This document shows positions 27,632 to 38,427 of a DNA stretch of 48,335 nt, in pieces (positions within the stretch are counted from its first letter, which is position 1; every line of letters starts with the position of its first letter). Both the position numbers and the translations under genes were made by a program. The notes beneath the pieces were generated by a model. The model was not told the DNA's origin. It was given only the letters and a program-made list of their open reading frames with translations, and ran no database searches. The stretch lies in assembly GCA_012513315.1 (NCBI GenBank), contig JAAZCL010000065.1:1-48335 (forward strand). Direction: 5' to 3'. Source of the DNA: Bacteroidales bacterium (GTDB lineage: Bacteria > Bacteroidota > Bacteroidia > Bacteroidales > Dysgonomonadaceae).

Positions 27632-29437
27632 ATGACATACTATCATTTAGGAGAACTTGTGCACAAACAAGCCCATAAAAATAAAAGTAAAATAGCAATT
27701 AAACAACACGATACGGGTGATAATTGGTCAGATATAACTTGGGGTGCTCTATCAGAAAAAGTAATGAAGACTGCACAGGCAATGGCAGAGTTAGGGGTTA
27801 ATCCTAACGACAATATTGGTATTTACTCTCAAAATATGAGTAAATATCTGATTGCTGATTTTGCGGCATATGCCAACAAAGCTGTTATGGTTCCTATGTA
27901 TGCTACCTCTTCTCCAAATCAGATAAAATATATTATAAATGATGCAAGTATTAACCTGATTTTTGTAGGAGAGCAATTTCAATATAACAATGCCTATAAG
28001 GTTCAAATAGAAAGTTCTAATCTAAAAAAGCTTATTATATTCGATAGGAATGTTATAATGAATCCAGAAGACAAAACGTCTATATATTTCGATGATTTTA
28101 TTACAACAGGAGATAACTCAGAGTCGTTGGCACTTGTACAAGCAAGAATGAGGCAATTAAAGAGTACAGATTTGGCAACTATAATATATACTTCAGGTAC
28201 TACCGGAGAACCTAAAGGTGTTATGCTCAATCATTCCAACTATCTTAAAGCTTTTGAAATTCACGATATTAGATTAACTGAACTCACAGATAAAGAAATT
28301 TCAATGTGCTTTCTACCTCTTACTCATATCTTTGAGAAAGCTTGGACTTACTACTGTCTTACAAAAGGTATTACCGTTGCAATTAACAAAGAGCCGGCTA
28401 AAATAAGACAAAAAATAAAAGAAATTCGTCCCACTCTTATGAGTAATGTTCCTCGTTTTTGGGAAAAGGTGTATGAAGGGGTAAAAGAAACTATAGATAG
28501 CTCACACGGATTGGTTAAATGGTTGTTTAAAGATGCTGTTAAAACAGGAAGACGTCATAACCTAGATTTCGTAAATGAAGGTAAGAAGGCTCCTCTGGGT
28601 ATCCGCATAAAATTTAATCTTTACAAACACTCAATTTATTATCTTATTAAACGAATAGTAGGCATAGATCGAGGAAACTTTTTTCCTGTTGCTGGAGCAC
28701 CTCTTTCTGATAATATAAACGAGTTCCTGCAATCTATTGATGTGCATATTATTTACGGTTATGGATTAACTGAGACAACTGCAACTGTTAGCTGTTTTAC
28801 AACCACTGGATTTAAAATAGGTACTGTAGGCAAGGTGATGCCCGATACAATAGTGAAGATTGGAGAAAACAATGAAATCCTAATAAAAGGCGATACTGTT
28901 ATGTCTGGCTATTATAATAAACCAGAGGCTACAAAAGAAGTATTTACCGAGGATGGCTTCTTTAGAACTGGCGACGCGGGGAAAATAACAGATGATAATG
29001 AGCTTATTATGACAGAGCGTATAAAGGATCTTTATAAAACGTCAAATGGAAAATATATAGCACCTCAAATGATCGAAACCAGGGTAGGGGAAGATAAATA
29101 CATAGACCAAGTCGCAGTAATTGGAGACAGCAGGAAGTTCGTTAGTGCACTAATAGTTCCTGAATATAAAATGCTGGAAAAATACGCTGCAGATCAAGGT
29201 ATTGCATATAATAACATGCAAGATTTGATGAATAACAATCAAGTACATGATTTCATCTTCGGACGCATAGAGCTATTACAATCTCAGTTCACTAATTATG
29301 AAAAAATTAAAAAGTTCACTCTTTTGCCCAAGCCCTTCAGTGTAGAAAGTGGAGATTTAACTAACACGCTGAAATTGCGAAGAAAAGTAATTCTCGAAAA
29401 ATATGGCGAGGTAATTGATAGCATGTATAAGGATTAG
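27632..29437 (+). CDS. fadD: Long-chain fatty acid--CoA ligase (AMP-dependent)
   Basis: IYTSGTTGEPKG, FLPLTHIFE, YGYGLTET, FRTGDAG, GKYIAPQ, LTNTLKLRR. TACTTTTG box at 27602-27609. Confidence 0.92.
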   Translation: MTYYHLGELVHKQAHKNKSKIAIKQHDTGDNWSDITWGALSEKVMKTAQAMAELGVNPNDNIGIYSQNMSKYLIADFAAYANKAVMVPMYATSSPNQIKYIINDASINLIFVGEQFQYNNAYKVQIESSNLKKLIIFDRNVIMNPEDKTSIYFDDFITTGDNSESLALVQARMRQLKSTDLATIIYTSGTTGEPKGVMLNHSNYLKAFEIHDIRLTELTDKEISMCFLPLTHIFEKAWTYYCLTKGITVAINKEPAKIRQKIKEIRPTLMSNVPRFWEKVYEGVKETIDSSHGLVKWLFKDAVKTGRRHNLDFVNEGKKAPLGIRIKFNLYKHSIYYLIKRIVGIDRGNFFPVAGAPLSDNINEFLQSIDVHIIYGYGLTETTATVSCFTTTGFKIGTVGKVMPDTIVKIGENNEILIKGDTVMSGYYNKPEATKEVFTEDGFFRTGDAGKITDDNELIMTERIKDLYKTSNGKYIAPQMIETRVGEDKYIDQVAVIGDSRKFVSALIVPEYKMLEKYAADQGIAYNNMQDLMNNNQVHDFIFGRIELLQSQFTNYEKIKKFTLLPKPFSVESGDLTNTLKLRRKVILEKYGEVIDSMYKD

Positions 29438-29473
29438 CGCATAACTCAACAGTTAGTTTGTCAAAGAAATCAC

Positions 29474-29481
29474 TATCTTTG
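29474..29481 (+). promoter_or_regulatory. Bacteroidota sigma-A -7 element (TAnnTTTG) for leuS
   Basis: TATCTTTG about 32 nt upstream of the ATG. Similar boxes precede many genes here (13430, 19618, 22903, 26743, 27413, 27602, 39402, 39483, 41474, 43918, 43947, 47822). Confidence 0.75.
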
Positions 29482-29513
29482 CACCGTTTTAAAGTAGTAA
29501 AAGTTGTATTGGA

Positions 29514-32267
29514 ATGGACTATAATTTCAAAGAAATAGAAAAGCAGTGGCAGAAATATTGGGTTGATAACAAAACCTATAAAGTAACCGAAGATATTACA
29601 AAACCTAAGTACTATGTGCTCGATATGTTTCCTTATCCCTCCGGAGCGGGACTACATGTTGGCCATCCTCTTGGTTATATAGCTTCAGACATATTCTCGC
29701 GCTACAAACGTTTGCAGGGATTCAATGTTTTGCACCCAATGGGGTACGATGCATATGGTTTGCCAGCAGAGCAATATGCAATACAAACCGGTCAGCATCC
29801 AGCTGTTACAACCAATAATAATATTAAAAGATATAGAGAACAGCTTGATAAAATTGGTTTCTCTTACGACTGGAGCCGTGAGGTTCGCACATGTGATCCC
29901 GAATATTATAAATGGACTCAATGGGCATTTATTAAGATGTTCAACTCTTATTATTGTAATAAAGCAAAAAGTGCGCAATCTATTTCTGAGCTAATTCAGA
30001 AATTCTCAAGTCATGGGAGTGCCAACTTAGATATTGCATGCAGCGAGCCTCTTGAGTTTACTTCTGAAGAATGGAACAATAAGAAAGAGAAGGAACAACA
30101 GGAAATTCTTATGAATTATCGTATTGCTTATCTAGGCGACACCATGGTAAATTGGTGTGCACAATTAGGCACTGTGCTTGCAAATGATGAAGTTAGTGAA
30201 GGACTTTCTATTAGAGGAGGATATCCAGTTGAGCAAAAGAAAATGCGTCAATGGTGTTTACGTGTTTCTGCTTATGCAGAGCGTCTATTGGATGGGTTAA
30301 ATAATATTGATTGGACCGAATCTTTAAAAGAAACTCAGCGACACTGGATTGGACGTAGTGAGGGTGCTGTTATGCATTTTAAAACATCTAACGACTTCTC
30401 TTTTGATATCTTTACTACTCGTGCAGACACAATTTTTGGTGTAACTTTCATGGTTCTGGCACCAGAAAGTGATTTAGTAGAACAGCTAACTACAGAAAGC
30501 CAAAAGGCAGAAGTGCTGAATTATATTAAAAAGACAAAGAAGAAAACAGAACGTGAACGAATTTCAGATAGAACTGTAACTGGTGTATTCTCAGGTTCAT
30601 ATGCTATACATCCTTTTACAGGTGAGTCTCTTCCCATTTGGATTTCAGATTATGTATTAGCCGGATACGGCACAGGTGCTATTATGGCTGTGCCCGCACA
30701 TGATAGTAGAGATTATGATTTTGCAAAACACTTCTCTTTGCCAATTATTCCACTTATAGAGGGATGTGATGTCTCCGAAGAGAGTTTTGATGCAAAAGAA
30801 GGGCTAATGATCAATTCAGAGTTTCTTAATGGTATGACTGTTAAAGAGGCTATACCTGCAGCAATAGATGCTGTCGAAGACAGAGAGCTGGGGTATCGTA
30901 AGGTGAATTATAGGTTGCGCGATGCTATCTTTTCTAGACAACGTTATTGGGGAGAGCCTTTTCCTATATATTATAAAGATGGTATGCCTTATACTCTTGA
31001 TGAGAGCGAACTGCCACTTGAATTACCAGAAGTTGATAAGTATTTACCAACTGAGACAGGTGAACCACCGTTGGCAAGAGCAAAAAACTGGATGACAAAA
31101 GATGGTTATCCTCTAGAACTTAATACAATGCCGGGATTTGCAGGGTCATCTGCTTACTACCTAAGGTATATGGATCCTAATAACAACGAAACTCTTGTAT
31201 CTGAAAAAGCTAATAGTTATTGGCGTAACGTAGATCTATATATAGGTGGCACAGAGCATGCTACCGGACACTTGGTGTATAGTAGATTTTGGAATAAGTT
31301 CCTATTTGATATTGGTTTGTCTTGCGAAGATGAACCATTTAAGAAGTTGGTTAATCAAGGTATGATACAAGGTCGCAGTAACTTTGTATATAGAGTTAAA
31401 GGGACAAATAATTTTGTTTCATTTAACCTTAAGGATAAGTATGACGTAACTCCAATCCATGTTGATGTAAATATTGTTCATAATGATATACTCGATATTG
31501 ATGCCTTTCGTAATTGGAGCCCTGATTATAAATCTGCTGAGTTTATACTCGAAAATGGTAAATATATTTGTGGCTGGGCTGTTGAGAAGATGTCTAAATC
31601 GATGTATAATGTTGTAAATCCAGATGATATAGTAGACAAATATGGAGCTGATACATTAAGACTTTATGAGATGTTTTTAGGCCCATTAGAACAGTCTAAG
31701 CCATGGGATACTAATGGCATAGATGGAGTTCACCGATTTCTTAGAAGGGTGTGGAGCCTGTTTTATAAAGATGGAGTGCTCAGTTTGTCGGATGACGAAC
31801 CTACAAAAGAAGAATTAAAGACACTTCATAAGTTAATAAAGAAACTATCATTTGATATTGAGAATTTTTCATTCAATACTTCAGTTTCGGCATTCATGAT
31901 TTGCATAAATGAGCTTACAGCTTTGAAATGCAATAAGAGGTCAATTCTTAGTCAGTTTATTATATGTTTAGCTCCTTTTGCACCACATATTTCTGAAGAG
32001 TTATGGCATGTTTTAGGTAATAATACTACTGTTTGTGATGCTAATTGGCCAGAATTAAATGAAGATTATCTTGTTGAAGATACTTTCCCTTACTCTATTT
32101 CATTTAACGGAAAATCACGATTTGTACTTGAGTTTCCATCAGATGCTACTAATACAGAGATAGAAGAGGTTGTGCTTAACCATCAAAACTCGCAAAAGTG
32201 GATAGAAGGGAAAATTCCTAAAAAAGTTATCATTGTACCCAAGAAAATTGTTAATATAGTTGTTTAA
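29514..32267 (+). CDS. leuS: Leucine--tRNA ligase
   Basis: [14 protein letters not shown] (HIGH-type), [26 protein letters not shown]. Confidence 0.98.
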   Translation: MDYNFKEIEKQWQKYWVDNKTYKVTEDITKPKYYVLDMFPYPSGAGLHVGHPLGYIASDIFSRYKRLQGFNVLHPMGYDAYGLPAEQYAIQTGQHPAVTTNNNIKRYREQLDKIGFSYDWSREVRTCDPEYYKWTQWAFIKMFNSYYCNKAKSAQSISELIQKFSSHGSANLDIACSEPLEFTSEEWNNKKEKEQQEILMNYRIAYLGDTMVNWCAQLGTVLANDEVSEGLSIRGGYPVEQKKMRQWCLRVSAYAERLLDGLNNIDWTESLKETQRHWIGRSEGAVMHFKTSNDFSFDIFTTRADTIFGVTFMVLAPESDLVEQLTTESQKAEVLNYIKKTKKKTERERISDRTVTGVFSGSYAIHPFTGESLPIWISDYVLAGYGTGAIMAVPAHDSRDYDFAKHFSLPIIPLIEGCDVSEESFDAKEGLMINSEFLNGMTVKEAIPAAIDAVEDRELGYRKVNYRLRDAIFSRQRYWGEPFPIYYKDGMPYTLDESELPLELPEVDKYLPTETGEPPLARAKNWMTKDGYPLELNTMPGFAGSSAYYLRYMDPNNNETLVSEKANSYWRNVDLYIGGTEHATGHLVYSRFWNKFLFDIGLSCEDEPFKKLVNQGMIQGRSNFVYRVKGTNNFVSFNLKDKYDVTPIHVDVNIVHNDILDIDAFRNWSPDYKSAEFILENGKYICGWAVEKMSKSMYNVVNPDDIVDKYGADTLRLYEMFLGPLEQSKPWDTNGIDGVHRFLRRVWSLFYKDGVLSLSDDEPTKEELKTLHKLIKKLSFDIENFSFNTSVSAFMICINELTALKCNKRSILSQFIICLAPFAPHISEELWHVLGNNTTVCDANWPELNEDYLVEDTFPYSISFNGKSRFVLEFPSDATNTEIEEVVLNHQNSQKWIEGKIPKKVIIVPKKIVNIVV

Positions 32268-32300
32268 TTTTATCATCACTTTTTAATGTTATATTAGTCA

Positions 32301-33173
32301 ATGCAAAAGTTCCCTCAATTTAGTCTGAAAAAGTTTTATTTGAAAGACTATCTTACTATTTTTTTAGGAACATTCATGTACTCATTGGGGGTAACGTTGT
32401 TCATAGTGCCACACCAGTTTGTGCTTGGAGGCCTCACAGGTGTTGCTGTTTTACTTAATTATGGATTCGGTTTGCCGGTTTCAGTAATGGTTTTAATTTT
32501 GAACGTTATTCTCTTAACTGTTTCATATAAAGTGTTAGGAACTGAATTTCTTATTAAAACAGTTGTTGGTGTAGGCTCTTTAACAGCTTTCCTAGTATTT
32601 TTTGAGACTTTAAATTTAGCACCATTTATGACTGAAGAGCCACTAATGGCAGGTCTTGTTGGTTCAATAGTTGCAGGTGCAGGGGTTGGGCTTGTTATGT
32701 CGGTAAATAGCAGTACTGGTGGAACTGATATTATTATTCTCATTATTAATAAGTATAGAAATGTAACTCCAGGGAGAATGATGTTGTATATCGATTTATT
32801 TATCGTCACCTCTTCATTTCTAATTTTTAAAAGCATTGAAACCATAGTTTTCGGTATAATAATAATAGCTGTAATGTCAACCTCTGTTGATTGGATATTA
32901 AATGGTCTTCGCCAATCAGTTCAATTTTTCATTGTTTCTAGAGAGTATGAAGAAATAGCAACACAAGTAAATATGCAGCTTGGTAGAGGATGCACAGTGC
33001 TTGATGGCACAGGTTGGTACACTAAGACAGAGCAAAAAGTTCTAATATTAATGGCAAAACGGAGCGAATCTAATTCAATATTCCGACTTGTAAAAAGTAT
33101 TGACCCAAATGCTTTTGTGTCTCAAACCAATGTTGTGGGGGTGTATGGTAAAGGTTTTGATAGAATGAGATAG
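32301..33173 (+). CDS. YitT-family membrane protein (DUF2179 C-terminus)
   Basis: GGLTGVA, SSTGGTDII, RGCT..G.GWYT, IDPNAFVS..VYGKGF. Confidence 0.9.
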   Translation: MQKFPQFSLKKFYLKDYLTIFLGTFMYSLGVTLFIVPHQFVLGGLTGVAVLLNYGFGLPVSVMVLILNVILLTVSYKVLGTEFLIKTVVGVGSLTAFLVFFETLNLAPFMTEEPLMAGLVGSIVAGAGVGLVMSVNSSTGGTDIIILIINKYRNVTPGRMMLYIDLFIVTSSFLIFKSIETIVFGIIIIAVMSTSVDWILNGLRQSVQFFIVSREYEEIATQVNMQLGRGCTVLDGTGWYTKTEQKVLILMAKRSESNSIFRLVKSIDPNAFVSQTNVVGVYGKGFDRMR

Positions 33174-33197
33174 TCTATATCACAATCTAATTAAACT

Positions 33198-33222
33198 GGG
33201 GCATGATGTATGTCTCCTTTTT
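33198..33222 (+). terminator. Possible weak terminator after yitT
   Basis: ggggcat-gatgt-atgtctc stem with G-U pairs, followed by T5. Confidence 0.4.
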
Positions 33223-36034
33223 AATTGCCATTATCAGTTGCCCTATCAACCAAATAAATCAGCGATTTATAGTTAATCCCACTATTTACAGAAAGTCCTA
33301 TTTCACAAGTTATGCTATTAGAAAATCCCTCCTTTGCATCAATAATTTCGTGCTTCAATGGTGTTAGAGCAGATTTTGGGAGTTCTGGATAAAAGAACCC
33401 TCTATCGCCTGCCCATCCACAACAATTTACATTGTTGGGCACAATAACTCTGTCGGCACATCTGTCGGCAACATTAAAAAGTTTTTCACCAAGTTGCATT
33501 TTGGTAGAGCTACATGTGGTGTGTATAGATATAGAAATAGGTTGTTTTGCAATAACAAGACGGTCGAGAAGGAAATCGTGTATAAAATCCACTTGATCAT
33601 AAAGTTTTAAACGAGGATCGAGAGTCTCGCGCATGTGCAGTAAGCAGGGGCTCATATCGCAAACAATTGGGATCTCACCATTATTACTTGCTTTTAAAAG
33701 TGCCTCATTCAACTCTGTTTCTTTTTTGTGTGCCTGCTCCCTAAATCCTTTACTACTGAACGCCATCCCACAACAAAGTTCATCTTTCTTTTCAGGAATA
33801 ATAACAGTATAATTAGCCTTTCGTAAAAGTGAAAGCATTTTAGCTGGAATATCCTCTTTCTCCTCATATCCATAAGAAGGACCACTCATAGAGCGTGTTA
33901 TGCATGCAGGGAAATAAACAACCTTTGGTGCATTGGGTGTAATTGCTGGATAGCTGCTTTTTGCAATGCGTTTACTACCAGATGGAGTGTAGCGCGTCCA
34001 TAAAGGAATAATACCACCACCAATTTTATGAAATCCATAAGCAATTTTTTCAATTGAATCATATCCAAAAGCTTTTGAAATGGAGTGGGGTATACCAATG
34101 ACTCCTCTAACAATTGATGTTATAGCAGCCATATTATTTGCAATTACACTTGCCATGCTCTTTGCAAATGCACCGTTGCGCTGCCATCTCAATTCTTTCA
34201 CAAGTATACCGGTGTCAATATTAACAGGGCAGGCAATACCGCACAAACCATCGGTTGCACATGTCTCATCCAATGGGTAAGAAATTTCTTTAATCTGCTT
34301 CAGAATTGATTTTTTTTTATTTTTGTCAACCGCATTATCTGTAATATAACGATAAGCAACAATTCTCTGCCTAGGTGTAAGTGTAAGATCTTTAGACGGA
34401 CACACTACCTCACAAAATCCACACTCAATACATTTATCAATAATTGGATTTGCATCTGGTATACGTTTCAAGTTTTTGATAAATACATCTTTATCACTAT
34501 TTATTACAACTCCCGGATTAAGCACATTTGAAGGGTCAAATGCTGTTTTTATACGTTTCATTAACCTATAAATATCTGCACCCCATTCCTTTTCAACAAA
34601 TGGTGCCATATTACGTCCGGTGCCATGCTCTGCTTTCAGACTGCCATCATGTTTTACAACTACCAGATCACAAAGTTGATGCATAAAAGAGGCGTATTTT
34701 TGTATACCCTCTTCATTGTTGATGTCCGGAAAAACTGTGAAATGTACATTCCCATCAAGTAAATGTCCCCACATTACGGCATCTTCATATCCAGAGCTAA
34801 CAAGTAGCTCTCTTAAATCAGATAATGCATCACCCAGCGATTCACCTCTGAAAGCCACATCTTCAATGATACTGGCAGTATTTGGAGGTCGAGATGCAGC
34901 AGCAGATGTAAACAGGCCGTTTCTAACATTCCAATATAGGTTATAAAGGAATTTATCTGTTGTAAACTTTATTGACGAAAGTGTTTCTATATGTGCAAGC
35001 TTACTTTCAATTTCAGCCATTTGTGACAATAGAGTAGCCTCGTCATCTGCCGATGTTTCTATTAGTAGAGCTGCTGCGCCTTCGGGCAATGACTTTAAAT
35101 CAGCAGGCATACCTTTCTGATTCTCTACAGATCGCAAAGCGTTGCGATCCATTAGTTCAGCTGCACTAACTTCGCAACTTCTTAAAGGAATAATTGCCTC
35201 ACTTACGTCTCTAAGATTGTTGAAATAAATCAATGCAGATGCTTTAAGAGGAGCATCATGAACTGTGCGAAAAGTAGCTTGTGATATGAACCCCAGTGTG
35301 CCTTCTGATCCTATCATTAGTTGCTGAATTATGTCAATAGGATCACTGAAATCAATAAGTGAATTTACACCGTAGCCACATGTGTTCTTTAATTTAAATT
35401 TTCTTTCAATCTTTTTTCGTATTGCCTCGTCTTGGGTTGCTTCGTTATGAAGATTTTTTATTTCAGTAATGAATTCAGGATGGGTAAGAATAAATGAGCT
35501 GCGACTTTCACTATCACCAGTATCAAGTAATGTACCATCTGCAAATATTATACGCATAGATTTTATAGTATTATAGCTATTGTGCTTAATACCATAACTA
35601 GATCCGCTAGAATTGTTGGAAATTATACCTCCAATCTTTGCAGAGTTTATTGAAGCAGGCTTAGGCCCTAGTTTTCGTGCGTATTTCTTTAAGATTAAGT
35701 TTGCCGAAGAGCCTGTAAGCCCGCAACCAAATGTTGCAGTATAACCTTTATCTGTAATATTTGAGAAGTTAAATCCATTACCCACTTCTATCAATATAGA
35801 ATCGGATATGGTTTGCCCGCTCAAACTTGTTCCAGCAGCTTTAAAAGTAGCAGGAATATTTTCACTATGGCAGAGCTTTAATAATCGAATAACCTCCTCT
35901 TCTGAGTTAACTTTAACAACGGCTTTAGGTAATAGTCTATAAAGACCAGCATCCGTTCCTTTTGTGAGCCTAGAAAGCTCATCTGTAAAAACTTGGTCTT
36001 TAGGAAAAAGTCTTAATAACCGAGAGTTCATCAA
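33221..36034 (-). CDS. FAD- and Fe-S-binding oxidoreductase, Dld-II-type D-lactate dehydrogenase
   Basis: AAGTSLSGQ, GPKPAS, IGSEGTLGFI, GHLLDGNVHF, GSLKAEHGTGRNMAPFV, CIECGFCEVVCP, CATDGLC..CP, CCG and CCGWAGDRG motifs. Confidence 0.88.
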   Translation of the reverse strand: MMNSRLLRLFPKDQVFTDELSRLTKGTDAGLYRLLPKAVVKVNSEEEVIRLLKLCHSENIPATFKAAGTSLSGQTISDSILIEVGNGFNFSNITDKGYTATFGCGLTGSSANLILKKYARKLGPKPASINSAKIGGIISNNSSGSSYGIKHNSYNTIKSMRIIFADGTLLDTGDSESRSSFILTHPEFITEIKNLHNEATQDEAIRKKIERKFKLKNTCGYGVNSLIDFSDPIDIIQQLMIGSEGTLGFISQATFRTVHDAPLKASALIYFNNLRDVSEAIIPLRSCEVSAAELMDRNALRSVENQKGMPADLKSLPEGAAALLIETSADDEATLLSQMAEIESKLAHIETLSSIKFTTDKFLYNLYWNVRNGLFTSAAASRPPNTASIIEDVAFRGESLGDALSDLRELLVSSGYEDAVMWGHLLDGNVHFTVFPDINNEEGIQKYASFMHQLCDLVVVKHDGSLKAEHGTGRNMAPFVEKEWGADIYRLMKRIKTAFDPSNVLNPGVVINSDKDVFIKNLKRIPDANPIIDKCIECGFCEVVCPSKDLTLTPRQRIVAYRYITDNAVDKNKKKSILKQIKEISYPLDETCATDGLCGIACPVNIDTGILVKELRWQRNGAFAKSMASVIANNMAAITSIVRGVIGIPHSISKAFGYDSIEKIAYGFHKIGGGIIPLWTRYTPSGSKRIAKSSYPAITPNAPKVVYFPACITRSMSGPSYGYEEKEDIPAKMLSLLRKANYTVIIPEKKDELCCGMAFSSKGFREQAHKKETELNEALLKASNNGEIPIVCDMSPCLLHMRETLDPRLKLYDQVDFIHDFLLDRLVIAKQPISISIHTTCSSTKMQLGEKLFNVADRCADRVIVPNNVNCCGWAGDRGFFYPELPKSALTPLKHEIIDAKEGFSNSITCEIGLSVNSGINYKSLIYLVDRATDNGN

Positions 36035-36044
36035 TTAAAAATTG

Positions 36045-36242
36045 CTATACTAATGATATAAAAATGTCTTTACCCAATTCCTCCATTTTTATCTTTCCTT
36101 CTCTACTTAACCACCCAAGAGCGGCATAGAGGTTTTTGTCTGTAAACTTTGTTGCTCTTTTTAAATCCTTAATATTCTGTTTACCCTTTTCATCTAAGAT
36201 TGTCCAAATCTTTCCTGCGTTAATACCAAATGCTTCTATCAT
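36045..36242 (-). CDS. Small winged-helix protein (DUF2582-like)
   Basis: GINAGKIW..L and YAALGWLSREGKI are hallmark motifs. Ends 10 nt upstream of the dehydrogenase start. Confidence 0.85.
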   Translation of the reverse strand: MIEAFGINAGKIWTILDEKGKQNIKDLKRATKFTDKNLYAALGWLSREGKIKMEELGKDIFISLV

Positions 36243-36387
36243 ATTATTTTGTTATTTGTTTTATATTATGATTTATAAATCTCATGTAAAGTTACATCTA
36301 AAATTAAAAAAAACAAATATTGATTTTCAATATTTTAATGGTTATCAAGGGGTCGCTTATACTTTAGATATACACAATCCACTATTT

Positions 36388-36442
36388 CGTTATAGTTGCC
36401 TTATGGTTGAGTTATGGTTGCCTTATGGTTGCTTTATGTTTT
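36388..36442. repeat. Five tandem 11-bp imperfect direct repeats (nnTTATGGTTG)
   Basis: cgttatagttg / ccttatggttg / agttatggttg / ccttatggttg / ctttatgtttt. Confidence 0.85.
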
Positions 36443-36519
36443 AATAAGGATAGTATATATGAATCTTATGGCAAGTATAGGTTAAACACGGGCAATATCC
36501 CTTTGATTAATACCTAAAA

Positions 36520-37095
36520 CTAGAGGTTTTCGATAATCTCGGATACCTGCATGATTAATGAATTGGAGTTATCGTTGATAATTATATAGTCGGAAAATTG
36601 AATTTTCTCCTCTTCTGAAATTTGACTGTTAATTCTAGCTTTAATTTTTTCTACACTTATTTTATCACGATTGACTACTCTATTGATGCGTAATTCTTCA
36701 GGTGCATATACTGTAATGAGTTTGTTTATATACTTTTTGAACCCGGCCTCAATTAAAATGGCCGATTCTATTGCTACAATTCTTGAACTAGAGTGATGTT
36801 GACACCATTCTATAAATGAATTAGCTACTTCAGGATGGATTATCGAGTTGGCGATTTTAAGGTTATCTTCATAGTTGAAAATTAGCTCTCCAAATAATTT
36901 CCGATTAAGCTCATTATCTGTATAGATAGCGCTGCCAAATTGGTTAATTAATTTATTTCTTATGGTTTTAGAGGTGTTGACAAGATGCTTAGATTCTTTA
37001 TCTGCATCATATACAGCTATGTTATTGAGGCGGAGGATATCGCATACAACCGACTTTCCACTACCTATACCTCCTGTGATACCAATCTTAATCAT
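36520..37095 (-). CDS. coaE: Dephospho-CoA kinase
   Basis: IGITGGIGSGKS, VYDAD, IIHPEV, RI.RV..RD, RINSQ. Confidence 0.95.
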   Translation of the reverse strand: MIKIGITGGIGSGKSVVCDILRLNNIAVYDADKESKHLVNTSKTIRNKLINQFGSAIYTDNELNRKLFGELIFNYEDNLKIANSIIHPEVANSFIEWCQHHSSSRIVAIESAILIEAGFKKYINKLITVYAPEELRINRVVNRDKISVEKIKARINSQISEEEKIQFSDYIIINDNSNSLIMQVSEIIENL

Positions 37096-38078
37096 CTGTT
37101 TTCGAAAAGAAACTCAACGCTAGTAGGAGAAATCTTAGGATCTACTATCGAACCAGGTTTTTTTGTGACTATTAACTCTACTCTACCATTTTCATTTTCA
37201 CGGAACGATCTGTAATCAAGCTCAATTGCAAAATCTTCTGGAGTAATTTCTCTGTAAGCATCAAGTGTTACAGAAAAAGAGACAGTTGCACGTGAAGGGA
37301 AGAACTTAACATCGAGGTTGCGAGGAAGGTGAGTTGCTTTTATCGGAATTTCAAATGATTGCTCGGTATACTCAACTACTGGTATATAAATGTCAACCTC
37401 TGTAGGTGAAAATTTCACTCCTTCTACTGGGTAAATTGCTATAGGAAGTTGCGACGTAGCATTGATGTTTTTAAATATGGTATACTCCGTTATTGCCGTA
37501 TTAAGGTTGCTTAGTGATTCTTTAGAGCCATATGCGATAACACTTGCTGGTATAAAGATAATACTGTCAGCCATTAGGTTTGCTCGACTAGTGGTAATCT
37601 CTCCATCAAATGTAACTTTCAACTCTTTGCTCTCTAGCTTGGAGGTTGCTAAAGAAACAGTCATTGGGTAATATCCTCTTATTCTAGTGCTGGTTGCAAA
37701 CTGAGATGATAATAGTTGGCGAAACTCCTCACCCTGTAATATGTTAGTTCCACCATCAGTTATTTCAGAAACATCAATCTCTAATGAATCTTTTTTTGTT
37801 ATATCTAGTTTGAAAATCTCTGATCCATTATCAGAGATACTTATGTCGATAAACTGAGGTAGAGGATTGTTAAACACTACATCCTCAGGGATATTAGTGT
37901 ATTTTAAAGCGAATCTGTATGTACCCTCTACATTCTCTTTTTGAAAAAAAAGCATTAACCAGAAAATGAAAGCCATCATTAAAAAAAACAGAAAGGCGAA
38001 CATGTTTTTCCACGGAAATGTGGAAAAATAATCTCTTACTTTTGGCCTCCACTCCCTGAATACAGCTTTTAGATCCAT
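37092..38078 (-). CDS. YbbR/CdaR-like membrane-anchored protein
   Basis: FLFFLMMAFIFW TM, YTNIPEDV, VEYTE..FEIPI, KFFPSR. Conserved yajC-ybbR-coaE order. Confidence 0.8.
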   Translation of the reverse strand: MDLKAVFREWRPKVRDYFSTFPWKNMFAFLFFLMMAFIFWLMLFFQKENVEGTYRFALKYTNIPEDVVFNNPLPQFIDISISDNGSEIFKLDITKKDSLEIDVSEITDGGTNILQGEEFRQLLSSQFATSTRIRGYYPMTVSLATSKLESKELKVTFDGEITTSRANLMADSIIFIPASVIAYGSKESLSNLNTAITEYTIFKNINATSQLPIAIYPVEGVKFSPTEVDIYIPVVEYTEQSFEIPIKATHLPRNLDVKFFPSRATVSFSVTLDAYREITPEDFAIELDYRSFRENENGRVELIVTKKPGSIVDPKISPTSVEFLFENR

Positions 38079-38092
38079 AACAGGGTATTTAT

Positions 38093-38401
38093 TTATTGAA
38101 CTGCTGCATCCTTTGAAGATGCGTATACCGATGATTTCTCGAATTTAAGTCTAACTCCGTCAGCTACCTCAACAAGAAACCATGTATCGCCAACTTCTTT
38201 AATTCTACCGTGTATACCACCAGCAGTTACAACCCTATCGCCGTTAGTCATTGCTTCGCGGCTTTTTTGTAATTCTTTTTGTTTTTTTTGCTGTGGACGT
38301 ATCATAAAGAAGTAGAATACTGCAATAATTGCAATAAGCATAAAAAGTGTGCTGCCCATACCTCCAGCACCACCAGCTGGTAATTGTAATAAAATATCCA
38401 T
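38093..38401 (-). CDS. yajC: Preprotein translocase subunit YajC
   Basis: FYFFMIRPQQKKQK, GDRVVTAGGIHG. Confidence 0.96.
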   Translation of the reverse strand: MDILLQLPAGGAGGMGSTLFMLIAIIAVFYFFMIRPQQKKQKELQKSREAMTNGDRVVTAGGIHGRIKEVGDTWFLVEVADGVRLKFEKSSVYASSKDAAVQ

Positions 38402-38427
38402 AAAAGTTTTTATTTAAAATTTGATTA

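Noticed and set aside
36388-36442. Repeat array as CRISPR or oriC
   Set aside because: Units are 11 bp with no spacers and no cas genes, and they do not match DnaA boxes (TTATCCACA).
36136-36444. 102-aa plus-strand ORF spanning the repeat array
   Set aside because: Antisense to the wHTH gene, TTG start, no recognisable domain. Probably spurious.
37092-38078. YbbR/CdaR-like gene without adjacent diadenylate cyclase
   Set aside because: The nusB-yajC-ybbR-coaE arrangement is usual for Bacteroidota, so it is not specific to this window.
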